A stretch of 64,000 nucleotides of DNA from Malacoraja senta (lineage: Eukaryota), in the NCBI GenBank assembly GCA_038087875.1, contig CM075991.1:2356001-2420000 (forward strand), written 5' to 3'. The notes under the pieces are model-generated. The model did not search any database. It worked only from the letters and a program-made list of their open reading frames with translations, and had not been told where the DNA came from. Positions 11,401 to 23,035 of this stretch are shown piece by piece. Made by a program: the position numbers and the translations under genes. Numbering within the stretch: position 1 is the first letter of the stretch; the number at the start of each line of letters is the position of its first letter.

Positions 11401-13327
11401 ATCTTTAATATTGCATTCTCTTTTTCCCATTTTTTCAGTTGGCGTGCTAGGAGTTTGTGGGGTTTGTCCCCGAATTCGAAGTGTTCTTGTTTTGTGATTT
11501 GAAATAATGTTATAACTTTCTCTGACAGTAATTTATTTAGCTTGAATTTCAATAGTAGGATTTTATTATGTTTATCCATAGTTGGATCTTTAGCATTATC
11601 TGTATCTAATTGTTTTATTTGTTCTTCTAAATGTCTTTGTTCATTCTTATTCTTTTTATTTTGATAAGCTTGAAATGAAATAATGACTCCTCTAATAAAT
11701 GCTTTGAAGGATTCCGATAATTCTGGTGTATCATTTATCTCAAAAAATAGATCCATCTGTTTTTTTAGATATATACTCCCTTGTGGGTCTTTTAAAATTT
11801 GCGAGTTAAACCTCCAGAACGATTTATTCATAGACATTCATAGACATTCCTTCTAGTTTTAAAACAAAAGTTAACGGAGAGTGGTCTGAGATCGCATTAG
11901 TGTGGTATTTAGGGTTCATAGTGTGCGGAATTAATTTTGTATCCACAAGAAAGTAGTCTATCCGTGAGTATGTTTTATGCACCGTTGAATAAAACGAATA
12001 ATCCCTTCCCGTCAGGTTTGCAATCCTCCACACATCTGCTATATTTGTGTTTTCCATATATGTATGTAAAAGTTCACTGGTTTTAGATTTCATATTACCT
12101 TTTTGTTTTTGCATCGATTTATCTAGATAAGGGTCTAAAACACAGTTAAAGTCTCCTCCAATTATAACATTTTGATAATTAAATTCTGCAATTATATTCA
12201 GAATTTTATTAAAAAATTAAGGGTTATCAAAATTGGGCGCATATATGTTTACCAGCGTAATTGGCGTATTATTGATCTCTCCTGCTACTATAAGGTATCT
12301 CCCTTCCTTATCTGAAATAGTATTCTTTGATTTAAATGGAATTCCTTTACGAATGATGATTGCAGTACCTCTAGATTTGGAAGTGAATGAAGAGTGAAAT
12401 GTTTGTCCTATCCAGTTCGCCCTCAGTCTCGTCTGATCTTGATGTTTAAGATGCGTTTCCTGTAGAAACGAAATGTCCATGTTGTATGATTTCAACTGAG
12501 CTAGTATCTTGCCCCTTTTAATAGGTTCATTAATACCCCTTATATTCCAACTACATTGTGTGATTCCTCCCATTTTCTTTTGATTGTCGTCATACATTTT
12601 TACCAATTTTGATGACCTTCTTTATTATGGTGCATTCATACCTCAGGACTGTGGTTATTTTGGGGGCATTTCTATTATAGACTTCCTTGGTAGTTCCCCT
12701 CTGCGATTGCCCTTGAAAAAAACCCACATAGATGTGACATATTGTGATTAAAAAAAAAAGTATATCAAATAAATTTACGGTGTCTGAGTTTCCGACACCG
12801 TAGTGAGTGCCCCACTCGTCTGTGGGGTACGACATCGATATCGCTTCCGGCGTAGATGTTATGAGGTTAGCCCAGCTGCCTTTATTACCCAAAACCTAGG
12901 AGGTCTGTACCAAATCAGTTCTATTTCACCCAGTTGCAGTATATATATATGTTTCATTCCGACTTCAAATGTATTCAGTTACATATATTCCTCACTCTTT
13001 ATCTCTTAACTATTTGTAATTGGTTTTAGTATTGTTAAAAGTGAGCTGTTCGCTGAAAGGGTTAACCGGAGTCAGGCTCCTGGAATTATGCCAGGTGCCT
13101 AGTCTCCTCTCCTCCCCACTCGAGCTGCGGAACATATGTAATTACTGTTGTCTGCGTTATAAAGCAGGCAACACATTTTTATCAGTTTCAATTGCTATTT
13201 CCATATTAGTATTGTTAATTATTAATTATTATTGATTCTCAATATTTTGTAAAACTATATAAGCCATGTGATGTTTTTCGCTCTCAGCACAGCAGATCGT
13301 CACTCCCATGTTATCAGTCTTTCCTCG
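8437..13327 (-). mobile_element. L1-clade LINE, 5'-truncated, with poly(A) tail and 15-bp TSD
   Basis: Poly-T at 8436-8446; TSD AGAAACAAGGGTTCT at 8422-8436 and 13328-13342; ORF2 pieces span endonuclease to C-terminal Cys-rich domain. Confidence 0.95.
8831..12606 (-). pseudogene. L1 ORF2 (APE endonuclease, reverse transcriptase, Cys-rich C-terminus), frameshifted
   Basis: SWNIRG..FLQETH..NIYAPN; YSRIDYF..SDHSP; SLDAEKAFD..RQGCSLSPLLF..LYADD..KYLG; CDKC..H..C; split over ORFs 12217-12606, 11824-12114, 11286-11837, 9545-10993, 9111-9518 and 8831-9178. Confidence 0.93.
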
Positions 13328-15583
13328 AGAAACAAGGGTTCTGAACTTAAAGAAAGGTAACTTTGAGGGTATGAGACGTGAATTGGCCAAGATTGACTGG
13401 CAATTGATTCTTAAAGGGTTGACGGTGGATATGCAATCGAAGGCATTTAAAGACTGCATGGATGAACTACAACAATTGTTCATCCCAGTTTGGCAAAAGA
13501 ATGAATCAGGGAAGGTAGTGCATCCGTGGATAACAAGGGAAATCAGGGATAGTATCAAAACAAAAGATGAAGCGTACAAATTAGCCAGCAAAAGCAGCCT
13601 ACCAGAGGACTGGGAGAAATTCAGAGTCCAGCAGAGGAGGACAAAGGGCTTAATTAGGAAAGGGAAAATAGATTATGAAAGAAAACTGGCAGGGAACATA
13701 AAAACTGACTGCAAAAGTTTTTATAGATATGTGAAGAGAAAGAGATTAGTTAAAACAAATGTAGGTCCCTTGCGGTCAGAAACAGGTGAATTGATCATGG
13801 GGAACAAGGACATGGCAGACCAATTGAATAACTACTTTGGTTCTGTCTTCACTTAGGAAGACATAAATAATCTGCCGGAAATAGCAGGGGACCGTGTCAA
13901 ATGAGATGGAGGAACTGAGTGAAATCCAGGTTAGCCGGGAAGTGGAGTTAGGTAAATTGAATGGATTAAAGGCCGATAAATCCCCAGGGCTAGATAGGCT
14001 GCATCCCACAGTACTTAAGGAAGTAGCCCCAGAAATAGTGGATGCATTAGTGATAATTTTTCAAAACTCCTTAGATTCTGGAGTAGTTCCTGAGTATTGG
14101 AGGGTAGCTAATGTAACCCCACTTTTTAAAAAGGGAGGGAGAGAGAAAACAGGGAATTACAGACCAGTTAGTCTAACATCAGTAGTGGGGAAACTGCTAG
14201 AGTCAGTTATTAAAGATGGGATAGCAGCACATTTGGAAAGTGGTGAAATCATTGGACAAAGTCAGCATGGATTTACGAAAGGTAAATCATGTCTGACGAA
14301 TATGCACTTGCTGATACTTGATCCTAACCACGTGTCAGTCATTGTACCTCTCTGCAGGCCATGTGCTCTGGGCATGGCATTGACCCAAGGCATTGGTTTT
14401 CATGTAAATTATCAACTGAACACTATAACTGAATCATGCATGATATCCCTGCATTATAATAGCAAACTATAACTATGTAGCAAAGTAAAACAACTTACCT
14501 CATTCAGCCTTACAGTGATTCTTTACTGCAAAAACCACCATCCAATCCGATGTTGATATATTGTTTGGCTGCAGCGAAGGAGAGCTTGTCACCGCATTCA
14601 GCCAAATGGCCAAATATATAGAAAGCCAAATAGGACACTCCAACAGTTTATACCCACTCTTGTCCCTCTTTTCTCATTGAAATGGGCTTTTGTGGAAATG
14701 GTCGATAAAGTGATTAATTTTTTGACATGAGTCACTTTGTATTCACCAGCTGAAGGTTGTGGTTGATCAAATAAACCTGGTTCAGCTCATATCTTTAATA
14801 CCTAGACCAGCCTACTTGGGCCCAAGGACTTATGAGGGGGGGGGGGGGGGTCTGGTAAGGCCAAGGCAATGGGTTATCATTCTGGCATGGGTCATTTTGT
14901 ATTTCCTAGGCTATGATTGATCATCTAAATGTTATTTTTAGCTGGTACCTTTAATATCTATGCTAGCCTAGATTGGCCCAAGGGCCCATGGTCCAATGTA
15001 TTAGATAATTGTTCTGTCATAGGTCAATTTATATTCCCCAAGGTGTGGTAGATCATTTAAACTTGGTTTTAGCTGGTACCCACAATATCTAGGCTAGCCG
15101 AGTTGGACAGCAGGGTCTAGGGTGTCCATTTTGGGGGTGTCTGGTACCTGTAGTGCAGCGGACTATTTGTCTGGCGTAACCCATTTTGTACTCTATGAAC
15201 TCAACTTGTTCATTTGTCATTATTTTTGAGTGGTACCTTGCTCGTCTATATGCTGGCCCATTGTTTAGGCCCTTTGTGGGGGGTCTGGCAGGCCTTTTGC
15301 AGCGGGAAAAATGTCTGCCGTTTGTGTTGTTGATACAGGCGTGGCAGTGACCATGGTAGTGGATTTAAGTGGTACCTCACTCATCTATTTAGCACCCCAT
15401 TTTTGGTCCCTTGGGGGTCCCCCAGGTCTACACGCAGTGGGTGGTACCCGGCAGACTCCCAATTCCGTTCATTTCATGTCACCCCCTACACACTCCCATG
15501 GACAGACATTGGTACCTAGTTCGTCTAACCTAATGTCTCTGGGCTGAAGGTCAAAAGGTGACGTTTTGGGTCGAGACCCATGG

Positions 15584-15870
15584 AACTGGTGGAGCTGCTG
15601 CCTCAAAGCACCAGAGACCCACGTTCAGTCCCGACCTCGGGTGCCGTCTGTACAGTTTGCACCTTCTCCCTGTCACCACATGAATTTCATTCCGGGTGCT
15701 CCGGTTTCCTTCCACATTCCAAAAGGCTAATTAATTAGCTTCAGTAAAATTGCCCCAAGTGTGTAGGGAGTGGATGAGAAAGTGGGATAACATAGAACTA
15801 GTGTGAATGGGTGCTCGATTGTCGATGTGGACACAGCGGGCCAAAGGGCCTGTTTCCATGCTGTATCTAA
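15584..15870 (+). mobile_element. HE1/V-SINE-like tRNA SINE, diverged
   Basis: tRNA-like head, central GGGTGCTCCGGTTTCCTTCCACA, tail GGGCCAAAGGGCCTGTTTCCATGCTGTAT shared with CR1/HER1-like 3' ends. Confidence 0.75.
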
Positions 15871-16024
15871 CAACTTTCATTATCAAAATAACCATTTTGT
15901 TTGCTTTGCTGTATAGTTGTCATGCTTTCACTAATAGTGTCCAATGTAGCTAAGCAATACTTCCAAAAACAACATGTAATTTTTGTTTCACCCATTCATT
16001 TTCTGGGATTTGTGTGTCACTGGT

Positions 16025-16392
16025 ATAGACAATTGGTGCAGGAGTAGGCCATTCGGCCCTTCAAACCAGCACCGCAATTCAATGTGATCATGGCTGATCA
16101 TCCCCAATCAGTACCCTGTTCCTGCCTTCTCCCCTGACTCCGCTATTTTTAAGAGCCCAATCTAGCTCTCTCTTGAAAGCATCCAGAGAACCCGCCTCCA
16201 CCGCCCTCTGAGGCAGAGAATTCCACAGATTCACCACTCTCTGTGAGAGAAAGTGTTTCCTCGTCTCTGTTCTAAATGGCTTACTCCTTATTCTTAAACT
16301 GTGGCCCCTGGTTCTGGATTCCCCCCAACATCGGGAACATGTTTCCTGCCTCTAGCGTGTCAAAGCCCTTAACAATCTTATATGTTTCAAGA
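16025..16392 (-). mobile_element. CR1 LINE 3' fragment
   Basis: ETYKIVKG.DTLEAGNMFPMLG.. plus the 3' UTR CGAAGGGCCGAATGGCCTACTCCTGCACC motif. Confidence 0.85.
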
Positions 16393-16561
16393 GATATAGA
16401 TATCATAGAGATAGAGTCATAGAGCACAGAAACAGGCCCTTCGGCCCATCGTGTCCGTACTGAATGGGATGCCCCGCCGAAGCTAGTTCCATTTGCCCAT
16501 GATTGGTCCATATCCCCCTCAACTTTTCTATGCATTTACCAGTCCAAATATCTTTTAAATG

Positions 16562-16883
16562 TTTAGAGTTTAGAGATACAGCGCAAAAACAGGCCCTTCG
16601 GCCCACCTTGTCCGTGCCGACCAACAATCCCCACACATTAACACTATCCTACACCCACTATGGACATTTTTTTACATTTACCCATTTTTACAATTAACCT
16701 ACAAACCTGCACGTCTTTGGAGCGTGTGAGGAAAGTGGAGATCTCGGAGAAAACCCGCGCAGGTCACGGGGAGAACGTACAAAGTCCGTACAGACAGCAC
16801 CCGCAGACGGGATTGAACCCGGGTCTCCGGCGCTGTATTCGCTGTAAGGCAGCAACTCTACCGCTGCACCATTGTGGCCGCCC
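16562..16883 (-). mobile_element. HE1/V-SINE-like tRNA SINE
   Basis: Minus strand GGTGCAGCGGTAGAGTTGCTGCCTTACAG..GGTTCAATCCC..TGTATCTCTAAAC tail. Confidence 0.8.
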
Positions 16884-17953
16884 AGTTATCATACTTTCCC
16901 CAACTACTTCCTCTGGCATAAAACACCAAGTGCTGGAGTGACTCAGCGGCTCAGGCAACATCTCTGATGGACATGGATAGGTGACATTTGTGGTTGGGAC
17001 CTCAGTCTGAAGAAGGGTCTCCACCTGAAACGTCACCTATCCATGTCCTCCAGAGATGCTGTCTGACCCGCTGAGTTACTCCAGCACTTCGCCTTCTATG
17101 CACAAATTCCAGCCTCTGCACTTCCTTGTTCCTCTACTTCCTCTGGAAGTTCATTCCATCCACCAAGCAAGCTCAGTGTGAAAAACGCACCCTTCCGGTT
17201 CCTATTAAATCTTTCCCCTCTCAACTTAAACCTAAACCCTCTGGTTTTAGATTCCCCTACTCTGGGAAAAGGGACCGGCAGATCAGCGGGACACGTGAAG
17301 GGGGGCATCGACAGCGGTGGGGCGTCGGCACTGGTGGGGCGTCGGCGGCGGTGAAGCCTCGCGGTGGTAGCGATGCTCCGCGGTCGACGCGAGCGTGGGG
17401 GGGGGGGGGAGGGGGAGGGGTAGGGAAGAACAATGGATGATGGGGAGGGAGGGAGAACAAAGGACAATGGGGGCCCGCCATGAGTGTGACGATGGGTAGA
17501 ATATGAGGGGGAGCCGGCGTGCTTCGTAACTTTGTCAGCGCCGTAGGTTGCCGCTATTTGCACACATTGTCTATGCAAGCAACGAATCTCACTGAGCCCA
17601 GTCAAATGCGACAATAACGTATTCCATCCCATCCCAACTATTCCCCCTCGTGATTTTATACATCTCTGGAAGATCATCCCTCAGCCTCCTGCGCTCCAAG
17701 GAATAAAGTCCAAGCCTGCCCAAATGCTCCCTGTAGCTCAGGCCTTCAAGCTTGGTGTGGCCAGCAGTTATCGCCCATGCAAAATTGCCCTCGAGGAGGT
17801 GCTGGTGAACCAACCCCTTAAAACGCTGCAGCCTTTCTACTGAAGGCACTCCCACAGTGCGGGTCGGTAGATGGTTCCAGGATTGAGATTCTATTGGAAG
17901 ATATTTTACAATTATTATTTGCGGTGATGCTATTGCGTTTGTTAATTCCACAG

Positions 17954-18043
17954 CCGTGGGCAGCGGCAACATTTAGTACACTGCCCTTCAGCAATCTCAT
18001 GTTCAACATGTACAAGCTGAACAAAGGCACTCGACACAACTCC
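17954..18043 (+). CDS. Candidate isolated 90-nt coding exon of an unidentified host gene (PWAAATFSTLPFSNLMFNMYKLNKGTRHNS)
   Basis: TTTGTTAATTCCACAG| acceptor, |GTGAGT donor, length a multiple of 3, only frame 0 open, non-repetitive context. Protein not recognised. Confidence 0.3.
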
Positions 18044-18724
18044 GTGAGTTAAAAAAGGCACTTACAATGGCTTTACAATTGCAGCACACAATGTTAGATT
18101 TCAGAAGATCCTTTTGTTCCCACAATGTACATTGTTAGTACCTTTCACTTACAATCCAGTCTGCAATACACTCCCACTATATGTTACTTTAAAAATATAC
18201 CGCATGAACCCACACAGCAGTTGTTTAGTTCAGGTTTGAGATACAGCATGGAAACAGGCCCTTTGGCCCACCCACTCCACATTGATCACCCATTCACACT
18301 GGTTCTATGTTATCCCACCTTTTTATCCCCTACACGCCAGGGGCAATGTTCAGAAGCCAATTAGCCTACAAATGCACAAGTCCATGGGATGTGTGAGGAA
18401 ACCGGAGCACTCGAAGGAGACCCACGCGATCACAGGGAGAATGTGCGAACTCCACACAGACAGTACCCGGGGTCAGGATCGAGCCCGGGTCTTTGGCGCT
18501 GTGAGGCGACAACTCTATCATCTCTCATCCCTGGGGGATGTCTTTCACCTGAACGATAAGTAGGCAAAGGCAGACACCAAATGCTGGAGTGACCCATTGG
18601 GACAGGCAGCATCTCTGGTGGGAAGGAATGGGTGACGTTTCAGGTCGGGACCCTTCTTCGGACTGGAGACCCAAAACATCACATATTCCTTCTCTCCAGA
18701 GATGCTGCCTGTCCTGCTGAGTAA

Positions 18725-18913
18725 AAGACCTGTCCCACTTGGGCGTCATTTGCACGTCACGTAGATGGCGCGCAAAGATTTTGTACGTCCCAAAATCCTG
18801 GGGCGCCACATGCGACCGCGCGTCACCACGCACCATGCTCGCGTCGTGCGTCGTGACGTGTAAATGATGTCGCGTAAATGACGCGCAAATAACGCCCAAG
18901 TGGGACGGGCCCT
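18725..18913. mobile_element. PIF/Harbinger-type MITE
   Basis: TIRs (AAGA)CCTGTCCCACTTGGGCGT... / ...ACGCCCAAGTGGGACGGGCCCT, flanked by TAA/TTA; splits a pLTR repeat. Confidence 0.8.
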
Positions 18914-19505
18914 TTACTCTGGCATTTTGTGTCTATCTTCGGTTTAAACCAACATCTGCAGTTCCTTCCTACACAGAAGTAGGCGAGTGCAATTCTTCAC
19001 ATCTGGAAAACGCAAGAGAGAAGGAGCTGGCAGGAACTACAGATGTTGAAGAAGGGCCACAGGCTCTGAGTGTGGGTCAGTGATAGAATCTCAGGAAGTC
19101 AATGGGAATGTGGAGGAAAGAAAGTGGGATTGATGTAAGATTAGTGTAAACAGCTGGTTGATGTTCTTCACGGATGTGGGTGCTGTATGTCTTCATGATA
19201 TCGGTGGTGAACTACTCCCAGATGCATGCAGAGTTGATAAGGTGCTTCACACACCTCTTCATGGAGGATAGTTAGCTTTGATTGAAGAATGACCTTGGAG
19301 GAGCTTCTACGATGGTAACATCTTCAAGGTTAAAACACAGATCCTGTTCGATCCCGACTATGTCTGCTTGTCTGTACGGGGTTTGTACGTTCTCCCTGTA
19401 ACCTGCGTGGGTTTTCTCCGGGTGCTCTGGTTTCCTCCCAGACTCCAAAGTCGTACAGGTTTGGAGGCTAACCGGCTTGGTATAATTGTAAATTGTCCCA
19501 ATGTG

Positions 19506-19720
19506 TAAGAAAGAACTGCAGATGCTGGTTTAAACTGAAGGTAGACACAAAATGCTGGAGTAACTCAGCGGGTGAGGCAGCATCTCTGGAGAGAAGGAAT
19601 GTGTGACGTTTCGGGTCGAGACCCTTCATCTGAAGAAGGGTCTTGACCCGAAACGTCACTCATTCCTACTCTCCAGAGATGCTGCCTATCCTACTGAGTT
19701 ACTCCAGCATTTTGTGTCGA
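19506..19720. mobile_element. Fold-back pair of Penelope-pLTR-derived repeats with hammerhead motif
   Basis: Minus copy then plus copy; CTGAAGAAGGGTCTTGACCCGAAACGTC at 19630-19657. Confidence 0.8.
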
Positions 19721-19943
19721 TCCTCATGGTCATCCATTTTGTTTCTCCTCCCCAACCAAACTCATCACCCTGTTACCCACACACTCCACTAACTGGGTCC
19801 TCTCACCCCTACCCCCGACTGTTCTTGTACGACCACCACCATCAGTCCCAAATTTGGTCTCACTCCACCTTTCTTATCAGATTCCTAATCTACACCCTTT
19901 GTTGTTACTTCTTCTGGTATAGACACAAAGTGCTGGGGTAACT

Positions 19944-20243
19944 GGGGTGGCCACGGTGGCGCAGCGGTAGAGTTGCTGCCTTACAGTGCTTGCAGCGCCA
20001 GAGACCCGGGTTCAATCCCGACTACGGTGCTGTCTGTACTGAATCCCGTGACCACGTGGGTTTTCTCCGAGATCTTCAGTTTCCTCCCACACTCCAAAGA
20101 TGTACAGGTTTGTAGGTTGTGTAAGTGGTTGTATAAGTGTAAATTGTCCCTAGTGTGTGCAGGATGATGTTAGTGTGCGAGGATTGTTGGTCGGTGCGGA
20201 CTCGGTGGGCCGATGGGTCTGTATCTCTAAACTAAACTAAACT
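19944..20243 (+). mobile_element. HE1/V-SINE-like tRNA SINE
   Basis: GGTGGCGCAGCGGTAGAG (A box), GGTTCAATCCC (B box), (CTAAA)n tail. Confidence 0.8.
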
Positions 20244-20729
20244 CAGCGGGTCAGGCAGCCTCTCTGGAGAACATGGATAGGTGACGTTCCAGGCCGGGGA
20301 AGAAAGGTAGGGGTGGGACAAAGCCTGTCAAGGGATAGGTGGATACAGGTGAGGGGGGTTTCAATTGGCAGATGGGTGGGAAAAGGCAAGAAATGAAAAG
20401 AAGACAAAAGCTGCAAGATAAAAAGAGGAATGAAATGTGAAGCCAGAGGAAGGGATGTAGGTGAAAGGTGACCGAGAAACAGGTCCTGACCCGAAACGTC
20501 ACCAATCCACGTCTTCCAAAAATGCTGCCTGATCCACTCAGTAACTCCAGCACTTTGTGTTTTTAAGGTACAATGATGGTCAAGTTTGTAGTGGCAGAAA
20601 ACTTCCCCAAATCCCTTCAATACAAAACACTGCAATGATTCGAATATTTGCATCTTGCACAGCATTACAAAATCTTTACTAAACTCATGTCACTTTTTTC
20701 ACTTACAGCAAAAAGCTCTAGAATTGGCA

Positions 20730-21000
20730 GGACTTGATTTGAGAATTAAGGGACAGAAGTTTAGGGGTAACATGAGGGGGAACCTCTTTACTCAGAGAGT
20801 GGTAGCTGTGTGGAATGAGCTTCCAGTGGAAGTGGTGGAGGCAGGTTCGATTTTATCATTTAAAAATAAATTGGATAGTTATATGGACGGGAAAGGAATG
20901 GAGGGTTTTCAGTCTGAATGCAGGTAGATGGGACTAGGTGAGAATAAGTGTTCGGCACGGACTAGAAAGGCCAAATGGCCTGTTTCCGTGCTGTAATTGT
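20730..21000 (+). mobile_element. CR1 (HER1-like) 3' fragment
   Basis: DLRIKGQKFRGNMRGNLFTQRVVAVWNELP; its (ATGGTTAT)n tail is displaced to 21774 by an insertion. Confidence 0.85.
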
Positions 21001-21773
21001 AGCTGCAGCGGCTCATCGGCAGTCCTGTTCGTGTTTTTTGTGTTGTTTATTTCGTTTTGGTTAGTCTAGTTTTTGGTTTTTAGTTTGTGTTTTGGGGGGG
21101 TGGGGGTTTGTAACGGGGTTTGCAGTCTCTCCCTGCGGGGGGATGCGACTTTTTGTCGTATTCCCCTTCTCTGCCTCCGTCTGCGCTGAGGCCTAATGGA
21201 GGTGGCGACCTCGAGGCTCCGGAGGCAGAGCCCATCAGGACTCGCCCTAAGCTCACTCCCGTGAGGGTGGTCCGGCTCAGGGCTGGAACAGTGCTCCCGT
21301 GAGCGCCCAAGTCGGGGCGGCCCGGCCCGGGGGAGAAGCGACGCCCATGTCGGAGCGGCCCGGCCCGGGGGAGGTTCGGCGCCCATGTCGGGGCGGCCCA
21401 GCCCGAGGCTGAAGACGGCACGGTACTCACGTGAGGGTGGCTAGAACGGTGTTCTGGCGGTGGTGGCCTGAGTCCAGGGTTCGGCCGCAGGCCAGCGGCT
21501 GCGTCTGCAGGACTGGTGGGCGGCAGCTTCGACCACCCCGGACCACGGTGTTTGAGCCACGGGAAACATCGCCCGGGGGGTATCGCTTCAGGGCAGAGGG
21601 AGAAGAGGAGGGAAGAGACTGCAGACCTAAGACTTTTGCCTCCATCACAGTGAGGAGATGTTGGGTGGACTCACTGTGGTGGATGTTAATATGTGTTTAT
21701 TGTTGTTTTATGTATGACTGTTGCAATTTCGTTCAGACTTCGGTCTGAATGACAATAAAGGGCTATCTAATCT
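21001..21773 (+). mobile_element. GC-rich non-coding retroelement with Rex1/Babar-like 3' end
   Basis: T-rich tract near 5' end, GC-rich body, subterminal CCATCACAGTGAG..CTCACTGTGGTGG hairpin, AATTTCGTT..AATGACAATAAA plus simple-repeat tail; related to 46514 and 57142. Confidence 0.65.
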
Positions 21774-22581
21774 ATGGTTATATGGTTATATGATTGAATG
21801 AGGAGCTGGTAAAATACCTCCCCAAGACGCTTCCATCTTAGATGATGATGGCTCTGCGATTTGAGCTAAAATGCAGGTCTGAATAGTCATCTGCTGGATC
21901 TAATTCCACGCTTTAGCTCACTGGTTGGTTCAGCTAATCACATATTGAGAGCAGTTGACTGAGCACATTGCAAGAATCTATTGCTTAGAGATGCAGTAGT
22001 AAAGGAACTGTTCTTTATGCCCTCATAATTTGGACATAACTCCACAGTTCCCTCTAGACAAACGACTTCGAAGAAAAGTAAAATTAATGAAAGGTATTGG
22101 GATTTAAGAAATGAAACAAGAATGATAGCCAATATCTATTCACATATGAAATAAGGAGGCAGGTACGCTTAACTTGTGTTCCAATACAACGAGCCAGAGG
22201 AGGAAGTAGTGAAATTAAAGGGCATACACCTGATTGTATTAGTCTTATTTCCAGAACCTTTATAAGGCGCTGGTCAGACCACATTTGGAGTATTGTGAGC
22301 AGTTTGGGGGCCCATATCAGAGGAAGGATTTGCTGGCTCTGGAGAGGGTCTAGAGGAGGTTCACGAGAATGATCCCAGGGTTGATTGGGTTAACATATGA
22401 TGAGCGTTTGACAGCACTGGGCCTGTACTCACTAGAGATTATAAAGAAGAGGGGGGACCTCATTGAAACTTACTGAATAGGGAAAGGCCGGGATAGAGTG
22501 GATGTAGAGAGGATGTTTCCACTAGCGGGTGAGTCCAAGACCAGAATACATAGTTTCAGAATAAATTGACGTACCTTTAGA

Positions 22582-23035
22582 AAGGTAGACAAAATTGCTG
22601 GAGAAACTCAGCGGGTGAGGCAGCATCTATGGAGAGAAGAAATAGGCGACGTTTTGGGTCGAGACCCTTCTTCAGACTGATGTCGGGGTGGGGGGGGGGG
22701 CGGGAAAAAGAAAGGAAGAGACGAAGACAGTAGGCTTGTGGGAGAGCTGGGAAGGGAGGGGGAAGGAGGGAGAAAGCTAGGATTATCTGAAATTGAAGAA
22801 GTCAATGTTGATAGCGCTGGGGTGTAAACTATCCAAGCAAAATATGAGATGCTGTTCCTCCAATTTGCACTGGGCCTCACACTGGCAATGGAGGAGGCCC
22901 AGGACAGAAAGGTCAGATTCGGAATGGGAGGGGGGAGTTGAAGTACTGAGCCACCGGGAGATCAGGTTGGCTAGTGTGAACTGAGCGGAGGAGTTGGGCG
23001 AAGCGATCGCCAAGCCTGCGCTTGGTCTCGCCGAT
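22582..23035 (-). mobile_element. Penelope-like 3' end (GIY-YIG plus pLTR) inserted in a CR1 fragment (22230-23290)
   Basis: IGETKRRLGDRFA..PVAQYFNS..KLEEQHLIFCL, followed by the pLTR with CTGAAGAAGGGTCTCGACCCAAAACGTC. Confidence 0.85.

Larger units (their letters stand above)
7600..14301 (+). mobile_element. CR1-clade LINE ORF2 (endonuclease to start of RT), split by an L1
   Basis: LNARSI..GITETWL..GGGVAL..VYRPP..MGDFN..SDHN (7750-8436) resumes after the L1 as ETRVLNLKKGNFEG..KSPGLD..NYRPVSLTS (13328-14301); stops and frameshifts present. Confidence 0.93.
5276..15553. mobile_element. Large fold-back DNA element with ~730-bp terminal inverted repeats, superfamily unassigned
   Basis: Left arm 5276-~6350 (TGACCTATAGCCCAGTGACATTAGGTTAGACGAAC..., split by a SINE) matches the reverse complement of ~14826-15553 (...GTTCGTCTAACCTAATGTCTCTGGGCTGAAGGTCA). 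It splits a pLTR-derived repeat (5178-5275 / 15554-15580). Exact termini and TSD are ambiguous. Confidence 0.85.

Noticed and set aside
19944..20025. tRNA-like sequences with A and B boxes (also at 5340, 16800 and 35440)
   Set aside because: They continue into SINE bodies and LINE-derived tails, so they are SINE heads, not tRNA genes.
21938..22053. Minus-strand possible terminal exon (GTVELCPNYEGIKNSSFTTASLSNRFLQCAQSTALNM*)
   Set aside because: Only a moderate acceptor and a short open frame; no homology recognised.
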